Assembly: GCA_002479255.1 (NCBI GenBank) | Contig: DLMJ01000021.1 | Span: forward strand, 68,943-132,942 | Reading direction: 5' to 3' | DNA length: 64,000 nt | Origin: Candidatus Binatus soli | GTDB taxonomy: Bacteria; Desulfobacterota; Binatia; Binatales; Binataceae | Part shown: piece after piece, positions 9,233 to 23,369 of the stretch | How the letters are laid out: each line of letters starts with the position of its first letter | Position numbering within the stretch: the stretch's first letter is position 1 | Made by a program: the position numbers and the translations under genes | Notes under the pieces: model-generated | What the model saw: the letters and a program-made list of their open reading frames with translations, nothing else | What the model was told of the DNA's origin: nothing | Databases searched by the model: none

Positions 9233-9789
9233 GCACAGCGCCGTCGCCGCAGCCATTCTTGTGACTTCGAGGGATGGCAGCTATCCTTAACCTCGAAGTG
9301 CTGCGAAATTTTCTGAAATCGAGCGGACGAGCAATCGCCACGACTCTCCGTGCGGCGGCGTGCATCCTAAGCGTGGCAATGCTTCTTTCCTTTCCCACTG
9401 CCAGGGCTCATCACTTTGGCCAACACGTTGGCGCCACCGAGATACGTCAGAATATCGTACGCCATACATTCGTCGCAGGCCCTGAGACCGGTGGCGTGGA
9501 GAAGATTGCGCATATCGATGCGCAGCCGGCGATTCCGATGCCGGTGATTATCGAGAATGTCGCGAAGGGCTTCTTCCCCCTGGCAATAGCCTCGGAAGTC
9601 CCGACCTTCCGTCTCCTCCAACACTTCAAGCTCGGGCCTTCGCGCTCGGGCGCACCCGACCCGCTGCTCTAGCCTCTGGATCAGGCGATCGCGTTCCCGT
9701 CGCCGCTTAAGTTTGCGTACACCCGGCGGGATTGATCCGGAAACATTGCTGGAGTTCGCTCCAGCCCTAATCGCGCGAGGTCATTTACA

Positions 9790-12700
9790 GTGCCTGGTTT
9801 TTCATTGCGCAATCCGCATGCCGTAATCGTGGGCGCGCTGCTCACGATAATCCTGGGTGTCGCGGCATTCCTCAGCATGCCCGTCGATGTCTTTCCCACT
9901 CTCGACATCCCGGTCGCGGTCGTGGCCACGTTCTATCCGGGGATGCCGCCGCTGGATATGGAGGCGGACATCACGACCCGCTTCGAGCGTTTCTTCACGC
10001 TCGGCAGCGACATCGAACACATGGAATCGCGATCGCTTCCGGGAGTCAGCATCATCAAGGTCTTCTTCCAGCCGGGCGTTGATTTGAGCGCCGCGACCGC
10101 CTCGCTGGGCAACCTCGCGATGGCCAATTTGCGCCATCTGCCTCCCGGTACGCTGCCGCCGCTCGTCCTGAAATCCGGCGCATCGTCGTTGCCGGTCACG
10201 CTCGTGACCGTGGCGGGCAAGGGATTCAACGAGGCGCAGCTCCACGACCAGGCGCAGTACAACATCCGCAACTGGATCGCGACCGTGCCCGGTGCGTCGG
10301 TGCCTCCGCCGTTCGGGGGCAAGGAGCGGCAGATCATGGCGTACGTCAATCGCGACGCCCTTCAGGCGCGCGGGCTGACCTTGATGGACGTCGTTAATTC
10401 GCTCAACGACGCCAACCTCATCATTCCGGCGGGTGACGCGAAGATCGGCTCGACTGACTACTTCGTTTATAGCAACAGCATGATTGAGGACCCGACCGAT
10501 ATTGATCAGGTGCCGGTCAAGGTCGGGGCCGGTGAAGCTCCGGTGTTCATGGGCGACGTCGGGCACGTCGAGGACGCGGCGCAGATTCAGCAGAACATCG
10601 TGCGCATCAACGGCCAGCGCTCGGTGTACATCGCCGTGATGAAACAGGGCAACGCCAACACGATCGCGGTCGTTGACGGCGTCGGCCAGGTGATCAAAAG
10701 AATCGCCGGTCTGCCCAACGGGATGAGCGTCAACGCGATCTTCGGGCAGGACGCGTACGTGCGCGCGGCGGTCGACAGCCTCGAGCATGAGGCTGCCTCG
10801 GGCGCCGTCCTCGCATCGCTGATGATCCTGATTTTCCTGGGCAGCTTCCGCTCGACAGTCGCGATTTTTTTGTCGATCCCGCTGTCGATTCTTGCCGGCG
10901 CGTTCGGCCTGCGCATGAGCGGCGCCACCATCAACGTGATGACGCTCGGCGGCTTCGCGCTCGCAATCGGCCGTTTGGTTGACGACTCGACGGTCGTGCT
11001 CGAAAACATCAACCGCCATCTGGCCCAGGGCAAGGCTCCGCCCGACGCCGCGCGCGACGGCGCCAACGAAGTCGCGCTGGCGGTCCTTGCCTCGACGATC
11101 ACAACCGTCATCGTCTTCTCGCCGGTGATGTTTCTGTTCGGCGTAGCGAAGTCGCTGTTCAGCGCGCTGTCGCTGGCGGTGGTCCTCTCGATGCTGGCGT
11201 CGTACGTGGTCTCGATGACGGTGATCCCGGTTTACTGCGCGTATTTTCTGACGGCGGACGCGGCGCGCGAGGCGGAAGAAGGCACCGGCCGTGGCTTTCT
11301 GGCCGCGTTCATCCGCAGCTACGACCGCTTCGCGGAACGTTACGAGCGTCTGCTTGATCGGGTGCTCAATCACAAAAGCGCGGTGATCGTTGCTGCCACG
11401 ATTCTCTTTGCGGTGAGCATGGCCGCATTTCCTCTGCTCGGCGCCGAACTGTTCCCCAGAACGGACGCCGGTCAGTTTGTCATCCAGTTCCGCGCGCCGC
11501 TCGGAACGCGCATAGAGCTCACCGAGCAACTGGCTGAACGTCTGGAAAACACGATTCGAGAGGTGATACCGCCGGCTGAACTCGCGACGGTGGTCTCGAA
11601 TATAGGTTTGGAGCCGGAATTCTCGGCGATCTATTCGCCAAACGCGGCCAGCGATTCGGGCTTCGTGATGGTGGCGCTCAAGCACGAGCACCGCGTCTCG
11701 ACCTGGGACTACGTCGCGAAGCTCAAAGCGATTCTACCCGCGCGTCTTCCGGAAATTCGCACCTTCTTTTCATCTGGAAGCATCATCGACTCGGTGCTTA
11801 ATTTCGGGCTGGCGGCGCCGATCGATATACAGATGAGCGGCCAACGCTACTCCGAGCTGTTCGACCTGGCGCGCAAAGTCGATGCGCGCGTGAAAGGCCT
11901 GCCGGAAGTCGCCGGGACGTTCATTCCCGAGGAATCGAACTATCCGACGCTCAAGATCAACGTTGACCGGGTGAAAGCCGCGCGGCTGGGTCTCACCCAG
12001 CGCGACGTCGTCACCAACGTGATCACCGCGCTCACCTCGAATCAAATGATCGCACCGTCAATCTGGATCGATCCGAAGACGGGCAATGATTACTTCCTGA
12101 CCGTGCAATACTATGAAGATCAGATCAATTCACTCGACACGCTGCGCAACATCCCGGTGCGAAGCAGCGGCGGCGACCATTCGCGAGCCGACGCACTGCT
12201 GCTGCGCAACGTCGCTACCATAACCCGCGAGCAGCATCCCGCCGAGGCGGACCATTACGACATTCAACGCGTCGTCGATGTGCTGGTTGCGCCGAGCACC
12301 GATGACATGGGCGGCGCGCTGAAGGCGGTGCGGAAGGCGCTGGCCGACCTCAAATTGCCGGCGGGAACTGAAATCGCATATCGCGGCTCGGTTGAATCGA
12401 TGCAGCGATCGTTTTCCAGCTTCGGTTACGGCCTCGCGATGGCGGTGGTGCTGCTTTACCTCGTGATGGTGGCGCAGTTCCGCTCGTTCCTCGACCCTTT
12501 CATCATAATGTTCGCGGTTCCGATGGGTCTGATCGGTGTCGTGTGGACGCTTTATTTCACCGGCACCACGCTCAATATCGAGTCGTTCATGGGAATCATC
12601 GCGATGGTCGGGATCGTGGTGTCCAACGCGATCCTGCTGGTGGATTTTGCCAACCGGCGCTTCCGTGGCGGGGAGGAACTCCGCCTGGCAATCGTGGAGT

Positions 12701-12918
12701 CGGCGAAAATCCGGATGCGCCCGATTCTGATGACAACGCTGGCGACGGTGGTGGGCCTGATGCCGATGGCGCTCAAGCTGGGCGCCGGATCGGAAGCCTC
12801 CGCTCCGCTCGCGCGCGCAGCCGCCGGCGGACTGGCAGTCTCCACGCTGCTGACGCTGTTCCTGGTCCCTGCACTCTACGAAACATTCTACGGCCGTCGT
12901 CAGCAGGTATCTAAATGA
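9790..12918 (+). CDS. RND efflux transporter permease subunit (AcrB/CzcA/HAE family)
   Basis: 1042 aa from GTG at 9790. It shows the typical N-terminus (FSLRNPHAVIVGALL), 12 TM helices and two large periplasmic loops. Confidence 0.9.
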   Translation: MPGFSLRNPHAVIVGALLTIILGVAAFLSMPVDVFPTLDIPVAVVATFYPGMPPLDMEADITTRFERFFTLGSDIEHMESRSLPGVSIIKVFFQPGVDLSAATASLGNLAMANLRHLPPGTLPPLVLKSGASSLPVTLVTVAGKGFNEAQLHDQAQYNIRNWIATVPGASVPPPFGGKERQIMAYVNRDALQARGLTLMDVVNSLNDANLIIPAGDAKIGSTDYFVYSNSMIEDPTDIDQVPVKVGAGEAPVFMGDVGHVEDAAQIQQNIVRINGQRSVYIAVMKQGNANTIAVVDGVGQVIKRIAGLPNGMSVNAIFGQDAYVRAAVDSLEHEAASGAVLASLMILIFLGSFRSTVAIFLSIPLSILAGAFGLRMSGATINVMTLGGFALAIGRLVDDSTVVLENINRHLAQGKAPPDAARDGANEVALAVLASTITTVIVFSPVMFLFGVAKSLFSALSLAVVLSMLASYVVSMTVIPVYCAYFLTADAAREAEEGTGRGFLAAFIRSYDRFAERYERLLDRVLNHKSAVIVAATILFAVSMAAFPLLGAELFPRTDAGQFVIQFRAPLGTRIELTEQLAERLENTIREVIPPAELATVVSNIGLEPEFSAIYSPNAASDSGFVMVALKHEHRVSTWDYVAKLKAILPARLPEIRTFFSSGSIIDSVLNFGLAAPIDIQMSGQRYSELFDLARKVDARVKGLPEVAGTFIPEESNYPTLKINVDRVKAARLGLTQRDVVTNVITALTSNQMIAPSIWIDPKTGNDYFLTVQYYEDQINSLDTLRNIPVRSSGGDHSRADALLLRNVATITREQHPAEADHYDIQRVVDVLVAPSTDDMGGALKAVRKALADLKLPAGTEIAYRGSVESMQRSFSSFGYGLAMAVVLLYLVMVAQFRSFLDPFIIMFAVPMGLIGVVWTLYFTGTTLNIESFMGIIAMVGIVVSNAILLVDFANRRFRGGEELRLAIVESAKIRMRPILMTTLATVVGLMPMALKLGAGSEASAPLARAAAGGLAVSTLLTLFLVPALYETFYGRRQQVSK

Positions 12919-14057
12919 ATAAGTTTCTTGGCCGCACAATCGCGGCCGTCTGCATACTAACGGCGGCGACTGGATGCTCGCGTGCGCATAACGAGGCACC
13001 GAACGATTCGCGGCGCACGGTTGTGGTGATTCGGCCGCAGCGCGGCGACATGATCCGTTCGATCACGTTGCCCGGAGATTTGGTCGGGCTATACCAATCG
13101 ACTCTCTATGCGAAGGTTACTGGCTATTTGAAAAGTATCTCAGTTGACAAGGGCGATTGGGTAAAGAACGGGCAGGTGCTTGCCGAAATCGAAGTTCCCG
13201 AGCTTCAGCAGCGACTCGCACGCGCCAGGGCCGATCTGGAAGTTCAGCACCTCACCTATCAGCGCCTCGAGCAAGTCTGGAAGAGCGACCCGCGGCTGGT
13301 CGCGCGCCAGGACGTCGATATCGCGCATGGCAAATATTTCGAGGCGAAGGCGCAAATGGACGAGCTCGAAGCGATGGTCTCGTACACCAAAATCGTCGCG
13401 CCGTTCGACGGAGTCATCACGGGCCGTTTCGTCGATCCGGGAGCGCTCATCAAGGCCGGCGGAGAGCAGACGACCTCCGCTCCGGATCAGGGCTCGGCGC
13501 ATCCCAATGGCGGCACGTCGCCGGTTCTTAGTCTCGCGTTGATCGACACGATGCGCACGTATGTTTACGTGCCGGAGGACGGAGTCGGATCGATCAGGCG
13601 CGGAACGCCCGCGAAGCTGACGCTGCGAGATTTGCCCGGACGCTCGTTCGAGGGATCTGTCGCGCGCTACTCGAACTCCCTTGACCTGGGAACGCGCACC
13701 ATGCTGACCGAAATCGACCTGAAAAATCCCCGCCATGAGCTTTATCCCGGGATGTACGCGAATGTGACGCTCGAACTCGAGCGGCATCGCGACGCGCTCA
13801 AGCTGCCCGAGGCGGCCATCGGCGATTCGCCCGGCGGGAAATACGTAATGATCGCGCAGGACGGGAAGCTGCGGAGACAGGACGTAACGGTCGGGATCAA
13901 TACCGGCAACAGCGTCGAGATAGTCCACGGTCTTGGCGGCGGAGAAACGGTGGTGGCGACTCTGGATCCTTCAATAGTTCCGGACGAAGTAGTCAATATC
14001 GTAGAGCAGAAGGCCCAGCCTGATGAACGATCGAACATGGCTGCAAAAACCCAGTGA
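12915..14057 (+). CDS. RND efflux periplasmic adaptor (membrane fusion protein), lipoprotein
   Basis: ATGA overlap with the permease stop. It has a lipobox (LTAATGCS) and the lipoyl/beta-barrel hairpin pattern of HlyD-family MFPs. Confidence 0.85.
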   Translation: MNKFLGRTIAAVCILTAATGCSRAHNEAPNDSRRTVVVIRPQRGDMIRSITLPGDLVGLYQSTLYAKVTGYLKSISVDKGDWVKNGQVLAEIEVPELQQRLARARADLEVQHLTYQRLEQVWKSDPRLVARQDVDIAHGKYFEAKAQMDELEAMVSYTKIVAPFDGVITGRFVDPGALIKAGGEQTTSAPDQGSAHPNGGTSPVLSLALIDTMRTYVYVPEDGVGSIRRGTPAKLTLRDLPGRSFEGSVARYSNSLDLGTRTMLTEIDLKNPRHELYPGMYANVTLELERHRDALKLPEAAIGDSPGGKYVMIAQDGKLRRQDVTVGINTGNSVEIVHGLGGGETVVATLDPSIVPDEVVNIVEQKAQPDERSNMAAKTQ

Positions 14058-14073
14058 GTATCGGAGACATACT

Positions 14074-15465
14074 ATGCGGAAATCGATTATCAGAACTGCA
14101 GTTGTGTTCGCAGGTTGCCTACTGACTATAGCCACTCCGCAATTCGCCTGGGCGCTCGAGACCTTGCAGCCGGGTGAGAAGCTCACTCTCGAGCGCGCAA
14201 TCGAACTGACGATCCGCAACCATCCGCGCGGACTGGAGATGAAATCCGAGGCCGTCGCCGCGGGCGAGCGCGTGGGGGAGGCTCGCGCAGCGCTTCTGCC
14301 GCAGGTGTACAGCGTCGGCGAATACCTGCGTTCTACAGACAATCCGATCGGAAACACCACGTATCTCAATCCGGGGTTCATCCCGCGCATCACCGGAACA
14401 CTGCACGGCGCACCGGCGAATGCCGGGCAAAGCTTTTCGACCACCGATAACTTTCTGACCGGAGTGGCCGTGCAGCAGTACCTATTCGACTTCGGACGGG
14501 TTCGCGGCCTGATCGAGCAGCGCGATGAAGAAGCGCATGCGGCATTGTCTCAGGCGCAGTCGACGGAACTCGATCTTGCCTTCGAAGCAGCGCAACGCTA
14601 TTTCGCGCTGCTGGCGGCCGCGCAAAAGGTAAAGGTCTATCAGAAGGAGATCGAGCAGCGCTCCGAGCAGCTGCATGCCGCGCAGGTGAAGGCCAGCGCC
14701 AACCTCACTCCCCAGATCGACGTGCTTACAGCGCAGGCTGCGCTGACACGCGCGCAAACCGACCTGCTGGAGGCCTCCGATCAGCAGGCCATAGCCCGGG
14801 TGGCGCTCAACAATGCGATGGCGATAGATCGCAACGCACCGGACTACGAGCTGGCGGACGTGCTCACTTATAAGCAGGTTTCAGGGAGTCTCGAGTCATT
14901 CTTCGCTTCCGCAATCGCAATGCGGCCGGACCTGCGCGCGCTCGAAGCCGAAGCGCAAGCGGCCGGTGCGCAAGTCAAGCAGGCCCGCAGCGATTATTTT
15001 CCTTCGGTGGGAGCGACGGCCGGCTACAGCGCGATGGGCGCGGGTCTTCCGGCGGCGAACAACTTCAACGCGGGAATAGTAGTGACGTGGCCTATCTTCA
15101 ACGGCTTCGCGACGGAGCATCAGGTCCAGGAAGCAAAGGCCCTCCAGAACGCCATTCGCTACTCGATCGAAGATCTTGAGCAGCGCGTGTGGCTCGACGT
15201 AAAGAGTGCTTACCTCGAGCTGCAGACCTCGGTGGAGCGAATCCATCAGGCAGAAGCAACGCTGGCTGCGTCTTCGGGGCAGCTCGAACTGGCGGACAAG
15301 CGTTACAACGCGGGTCTCGGCAATATAATCGAGCTCACCGACGCGGAGCGTTTCTATATCGAGGACGACGCAGCATACGTCGACGCGCTGTACGGATACT
15401 CAGTGGCAGAAGCGACGCTCGATCGTGTTACCGGCGCGTCAATCCGCTCGGCGCCTGACAAATGA
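14074..15465 (+). CDS. TolC-family outer membrane efflux factor
   Basis: ATG at 14074 with a GGAG RBS (the ORF-track start at 14023 overlaps the MFP). It has a signal peptide and two OEP repeats with coiled-coil heptads. Confidence 0.85.
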   Translation: MRKSIIRTAVVFAGCLLTIATPQFAWALETLQPGEKLTLERAIELTIRNHPRGLEMKSEAVAAGERVGEARAALLPQVYSVGEYLRSTDNPIGNTTYLNPGFIPRITGTLHGAPANAGQSFSTTDNFLTGVAVQQYLFDFGRVRGLIEQRDEEAHAALSQAQSTELDLAFEAAQRYFALLAAAQKVKVYQKEIEQRSEQLHAAQVKASANLTPQIDVLTAQAALTRAQTDLLEASDQQAIARVALNNAMAIDRNAPDYELADVLTYKQVSGSLESFFASAIAMRPDLRALEAEAQAAGAQVKQARSDYFPSVGATAGYSAMGAGLPAANNFNAGIVVTWPIFNGFATEHQVQEAKALQNAIRYSIEDLEQRVWLDVKSAYLELQTSVERIHQAEATLAASSGQLELADKRYNAGLGNIIELTDAERFYIEDDAAYVDALYGYSVAEATLDRVTGASIRSAPDK

Positions 15466-15506
15466 AACGGGCCGGGGTAAAAGAATCAAGGCGAGGTACA
15501 CTGCCC

Positions 15507-16019
15507 ATGACCATGAAGATTCCGCTGCCCGACGAAGCACGGCTCACGCCGGAAATCGCTGCGACGCTGGGCAAGCTCCCGCCGCTGAACGTGTTCCGAA
15601 TGATGGCGAACGCGCCAGCGAGCTTCGAGCCGCTCGTCAACTTCGCGATGTCGATTCTGCTCCGCAGTGAGTTCGACAAGCGCAAGCGCGAGATCGCGGT
15701 GCTCCGCGTCGCACACGTTACGCGATCGAGCTACGAATGGACGCACCACGTAGCGGTCGCGAAGAGCGTTGGCGTGACCGACGACGAGATCGCCGCGATC
15801 AAGGCGGACGGCGCCGTCACGCGGCTCGATGCCGAGGGAAACCTGCTGTGCCGCGTCGCGGACGAGATCAGCCGCGACGTGCGGCTGAGCGACGAGGCGC
15901 TCGCCTCAATCATGGACCGCTACGGCGTGCGCCAGGCTACCGAACTCATCCTGTGCTGCAGCTATTTCAACATGCTGAGCCGATTTCTCGAATCGACCCG
16001 TGTGGAGCTGGAGCCTTAA
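15507..16019 (+). CDS. Carboxymuconolactone decarboxylase (AhpD-like) family protein
   Basis: MTMKIPLPDE... start with a GAGGT RBS. An alternative start at 15462 would give an ATGA overlap with the OMF. Conserved CMD-family pattern (E..H...CSYF). Confidence 0.7.
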   Translation: MTMKIPLPDEARLTPEIAATLGKLPPLNVFRMMANAPASFEPLVNFAMSILLRSEFDKRKREIAVLRVAHVTRSSYEWTHHVAVAKSVGVTDDEIAAIKADGAVTRLDAEGNLLCRVADEISRDVRLSDEALASIMDRYGVRQATELILCCSYFNMLSRFLESTRVELEP

Positions 16020-16101
16020 GCCGCCGCTCCCTTCTGCCCGACGGCCCGGGAATTCGTGAAGGGTTGGATCGCTTGCTGCCCGCTTGCAGCCGGCCGCCGG
16101 G

Positions 16102-17108
16102 TTAAAGATTTTTCGGCAGCGAGTAGGAACTCAGCACGCGCACGTAGTTGGGGCGCTGGAAGGCCGCCGGGTTGGGTACATTGCGCTGACTCATGCTGCC
16201 GCACATCTGGCGAATGGATTCGTACTCGTGTTCTTCCATCCAGCTCAGGAGATCGCACAGGACGACGCCGAGATGCTTGATGCCGTTGTGCAGCAGTGCC
16301 GAGGTCATCATCGTAACGCGCGCGCCCGCCATCACCGCCTTCAACACATCTTGCGCGCTATGGACGCCGCCGGTGATCGCCAGGTCGGCGCCGACGCGGC
16401 CGAAGATGATCGCGACCCAATGCAGCCTCAGCAGCAATTCCTCGGGGCTGCTCAGCGTCAGGCTCGGCACGACTTCGAGCTGTTCGAGATCCAAATCCGG
16501 CTGATAGAAGCGATTGAACAGCACCAGCGCATTGGCGCCGGCAGCATCGAGTTGTTTTGCCATGTTGGCGGGAGCACTGAAGAATTGCGACACCTTCACC
16601 GCAAGCGGAATCCGTACGCTTTGTTTTACCGCCTGAACCAGCTCGGTGTATGCCCGCTCGATGTGGCCGGCGGTGAGTTCCGGGTCGGTCACAATCGAAT
16701 AGAGGTTCAACTCGATGGCGTCGGCGCCCGCTTGCTCAATCTCGCGCGCATAGCGGATCCAACCGCCGGCTGAGACCCCATTGAGGCTGCCGATGACGGG
16801 AATCGAAACGCTCGCCTTGGCCGTGCGAATCAGCTCCAGATAGCCGTCGGGGCCTAAGTTGTACGTCGTCAGGTCGGGAAAGTAGCCCAGCGATTCGGCG
16901 AAACTTTCAGAGCCGCGAGAGAGATCCGCGTCAAGCGTCTCACTTTCCAGCGTGAGTTGCTCTTCGAAGAGCGAAGGCAGCACCACGGCGGCAATCCCGT
17001 GATCTTCGAGACGCCGAATACGGTCTATCGAATCGCAAAGCGGCCCGGCCGAAGCGACGATGGGGTTCTTCAGGACGAGGCCAAGGTATTTGGTCGCTAG
17101 GTCGATCA

Positions 17109-17109
<1 letters not shown>
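16102..17109 (-). CDS. Dihydroorotate dehydrogenase-like (FMN TIM-barrel, PyrD/PreA family) protein coupled to PFOR
   Basis: ATG at 17109 ([23 protein letters not shown]...), with an ATG/TAA 1-nt overlap with the PFOR stop. DHOD class-1 motifs (NPI..ASG, GG.. late Gly-rich) are present. The ORF-track upstream extension lies inside PFOR and is rejected. Confidence 0.8.
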
Positions 17110-20717
<3,608 letters not shown>

Positions 20718-20997
20718 TTTGAGACCCGCAATGTATTTCGTCAGCGCCTTTTCAACAAGATAGCAATAGATTTAACAGCGTATCTAGCCATCTGGTTTGA
20801 AGTCGCGGCTGTAGTTGAGTAGCGCAGCCGGCGACCCCGCTCAAGGGTCTCCAGGACCCGAACCTCATCGAGCATGAGCGCGGCGCCCGCCATCCCTCGT
20901 GGCGCGATGCGCCCTCCGATCCGAACCGATGGCTTCCCTGTCCTTGCCTCTAGCCAGGGACAAAGCTTCGTCCTACCATCTCGCGCGGGAGGCCATC

Positions 20998-21420
20998 ATG
21001 CCCAATCGAACCGCCGTTCATTCCGAACTCTACTCGCCGGACTCCGCCGACAATCCTTCCCTGAACGGCGGGAGATGCCGCTCCTGTGGCTATGTCTTCT
21101 TTCCCCCGCAGCGTTATGGATGCGAGTCCTGCGGTGCGCCGCCCGAAAAGCTCGAGGCAGTACAATTGGGCGGACGCGGCACGCTTCATTCGTACGCAAC
21201 CGTTCATCTCCATATGGGCAGGGACATCGAGGCGCCGTTCACGATCGGCCTGATCGTCCTCGATGACGGCCCGGCCATTTCTTCCACGCTTGCCAACCGC
21301 ACCGACGAAGGCCTCGCCATCGGCGATCGCATGAAGAGCGTGCTCGTTACGGCCAGTACCGATCAGGCCGGTAACGAGATGGTCGAGCTGCGCTTCGCCA
21401 AGGCAGAGGGATCCAAATGA
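20998..21420 (+). CDS. Zn-ribbon/OB-fold protein (DUF35 family), partner of the SCP2-type thiolase
   Basis: ATG at 20998. CRSCGYVFFPPQRYGCESCG rubredoxin-like ribbon followed by an OB fold. The stop overlaps the start of the thiolase gene (ATGA). Confidence 0.75.
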   Translation: MPNRTAVHSELYSPDSADNPSLNGGRCRSCGYVFFPPQRYGCESCGAPPEKLEAVQLGGRGTLHSYATVHLHMGRDIEAPFTIGLIVLDDGPAISSTLANRTDEGLAIGDRMKSVLVTASTDQAGNEMVELRFAKAEGSK

Positions 21421-22568
21421 AAAAGAACCTTCGCGATATGCGCCCGGTCTATGTAGTCGGCATCGGCCTCCATCGATATCAGCGCCTCAGTGAAACCCCG
21501 TACGTGACGCTCGGCCTTACCGCGGTGCGGGAGGCGCTTGCGGATGCTGCCCTTGAATGGCGATCGGTCGAGTCGGCCTACACCGGCACGGCGCTGATCG
21601 GAATGGCGGCTTCGCGACCGATGCTGCGCCATCTCGGCGCGACCGGAATTCCGATGGCCCAGGTTGAGAACGCGTCCGCTTCGGGATCGACCGCATTTCG
21701 CCAGGCGTGCATCGATGTCGCCAGCGGCTTGACCGATGTTTCACTCGCGCTGGGAGTGGACAAGCCGGGACCGATCGCGATGGCGGCGGGGAAGACCGGA
21801 ATGCGCGATCTGGTCGGCTCTCGCATGATGCCTTTCACCCATTTCGCCCTGCTCGCGCAGGAGTACATGACTCGCTACGGTGTGAGCGCGCCGCAGATCG
21901 GCATGGTCGCGGTCAAGAACAATCGCAACGGCGCAAACAATCCCTACGCGCAGCGCCAAAAGGCAAAAACCTTGGAAGAAGTGATGGCCGGCCCGGCTAT
22001 TTCGGGCTCGCTGACGCGCCTTCAATGCTGCCCCATCGGGGAGGGCGCAGCCGCGGTGATAGTCGCCTCCGACGATGCGATCGCGCGACTCGGGATCGAT
22101 CGCAAGCGCCGAGTCAGAGTCATCGCGTCGGTCACGAAAACCGAGCAGATCTACCCCGGCGCGAAAAATTTTGACGCAGAGTTGACTCGCGAAACTGTCG
22201 AGCAGGCCTATCGCGAAGCCGCCATAGGACCCGGCGACCTGAATCTGATTGAACTCCATGACGCGTTCACGATCGAAGAGCTACTGTACGTGGAGGCAAT
22301 GGGGCTGTGTGCGCCGGGCAAGGCTGCGGGCGCGATCGCCGCAGGCGAGTTCGATATAGGCGGCCGCTGCGCGGTAAGCGCCTCAGGAGGACTGCTCGCG
22401 ATGGGCCATCCGATCGGTCCGACCGGCGCCGGGCAGATCGCCGAGATCACGCGCCAGTTGCGCGGCGAAGCCGGCGTGCGCCAACAGCCCAACGCAAGGA
22501 CAGGCCTTGCTCACTTGGTGGGCCTCGGCGCCGTCTGCGTCGTTCATATTCTGCAGAAGCAGGCCTGA
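21417..22568 (+). CDS. Thiolase-like protein (SCP2/lipid-transfer-type acetyl-CoA C-acyltransferase family)
   Basis: 383 aa with a condensing-enzyme fold (GxGxHP near the C-terminus: MGHPIGPTGA). The DUF35 plus thiolase pairing is a known two-component arrangement. Confidence 0.85.
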   Translation: MKKNLRDMRPVYVVGIGLHRYQRLSETPYVTLGLTAVREALADAALEWRSVESAYTGTALIGMAASRPMLRHLGATGIPMAQVENASASGSTAFRQACIDVASGLTDVSLALGVDKPGPIAMAAGKTGMRDLVGSRMMPFTHFALLAQEYMTRYGVSAPQIGMVAVKNNRNGANNPYAQRQKAKTLEEVMAGPAISGSLTRLQCCPIGEGAAAVIVASDDAIARLGIDRKRRVRVIASVTKTEQIYPGAKNFDAELTRETVEQAYREAAIGPGDLNLIELHDAFTIEELLYVEAMGLCAPGKAAGAIAAGEFDIGGRCAVSASGGLLAMGHPIGPTGAGQIAEITRQLRGEAGVRQQPNARTGLAHLVGLGAVCVVHILQKQA

Positions 22569-22593
22569 ACGACGCTGAGGAGAGTCTGATTTT

Positions 22594-22632
22594 TGCGTCA
22601 TTCTAGAGCGAAGCGAAGAATCCCGAATCCTT
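22594..22632. repeat. Copy of the short intergenic repeat family with core GTCATTCT(A/G)AGCGAAGCGAAGAATCC
   Basis: Near-identical cores occur at 37468, 39215, 39533 and (reverse-complemented) 39781. Confidence 0.7.
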
Positions 22633-23006
22633 CCTAGCCTCTCTTTATTAGAGAGAGCTTAGGCGAACAGGCGGGTTTCTGCGACTGTTCGGACTCGCGA
22701 TCGGTTAAGGTTGCGACGCGGCGTCGAGGCGATGGACAACAGCTACCGGTTGCTCGACTTGACCGTCTACGGGCGGCAGGAGACGTGGGAGGACTCGCCG
22801 ACTGGCTGGCCACAACGGTTTGAAGGCACGCAGGTTACCCGTACCGATGGACGTCCCACCGCCCAATGGTCCCGCCTGAAGGCCGGGTATTCGGACGACC
22901 TGGGAACCGGCAGACGCTGAACCGCCCCTACCATTTAAGGCGGGAATGGGGCTTTGGGGACAGCGGAGGCATCGGCATACAATTCGGAGTATACATGTAA
23001 TTTAGT

Positions 23007-23369
23007 ATGGCACTGTCAAAGGGAAAAGGTCTGCTCGTTGGCTATGGTATCCTAGCATGTCTGATTGTTGTAGTCACGGTTGTCAGTAAGGCATGCACCT
23101 TAAATACCGCAGCCTATGCGGCGGCAGACCACTTTGTCCGGGCCGATGCAGGAGTGTCAGCCAAGCTAGGTACTGTCAAAGAAACGTCGATGAAATGGTA
23201 CCACTTTTCAACAGGTAGCCGAGGCACATCTGCCATGTTTAGGATTGCGGTGAGCGGAGCGAAGGATCGTGGAATCGCGAACCTGAAACTGGAGAAACAC
23301 GAGAACGTCTGGCGAGTTACGACAGCTTCCTTGCTGCTATCATCCGGAGAGGTCGTCGCGCTGAGATGA
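23007..23369 (+). CDS. Hypothetical membrane-anchored small protein (AT-richer islet)
   Basis: 120-aa ORF with one N-terminal TM helix. GC content is visibly below the flanks. Its 4-nt overlap with the next ORF suggests real coupled genes. Confidence 0.4.
   Translation: MALSKGKGLLVGYGILACLIVVVTVVSKACTLNTAAYAAADHFVRADAGVSAKLGTVKETSMKWYHFSTGSRGTSAMFRIAVSGAKDRGIANLKLEKHENVWRVTTASLLLSSGEVVALR

Noticed and set aside
9274-9672. Overlapping ORFs 9274..9672(+) and 9367..9624(-) upstream of the RND operon, considered as a possible TetR-type regulator
   Set aside because: Neither has an HTH or any recognisable motif and they are mutually exclusive. Left as unresolved non-coding or small-ORF region.
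9802-11691. 629-aa minus-strand ORF antisense to the RND permease
   Set aside because: Extremely Arg/His/Asp-rich with no domain, fully inside a well-supported RND gene.
22711-22920. 69-aa ORF in the intergenic region after the thiolase gene
   Set aside because: No RBS or motif, and it lies in repeat-containing non-coding DNA; not enough support.
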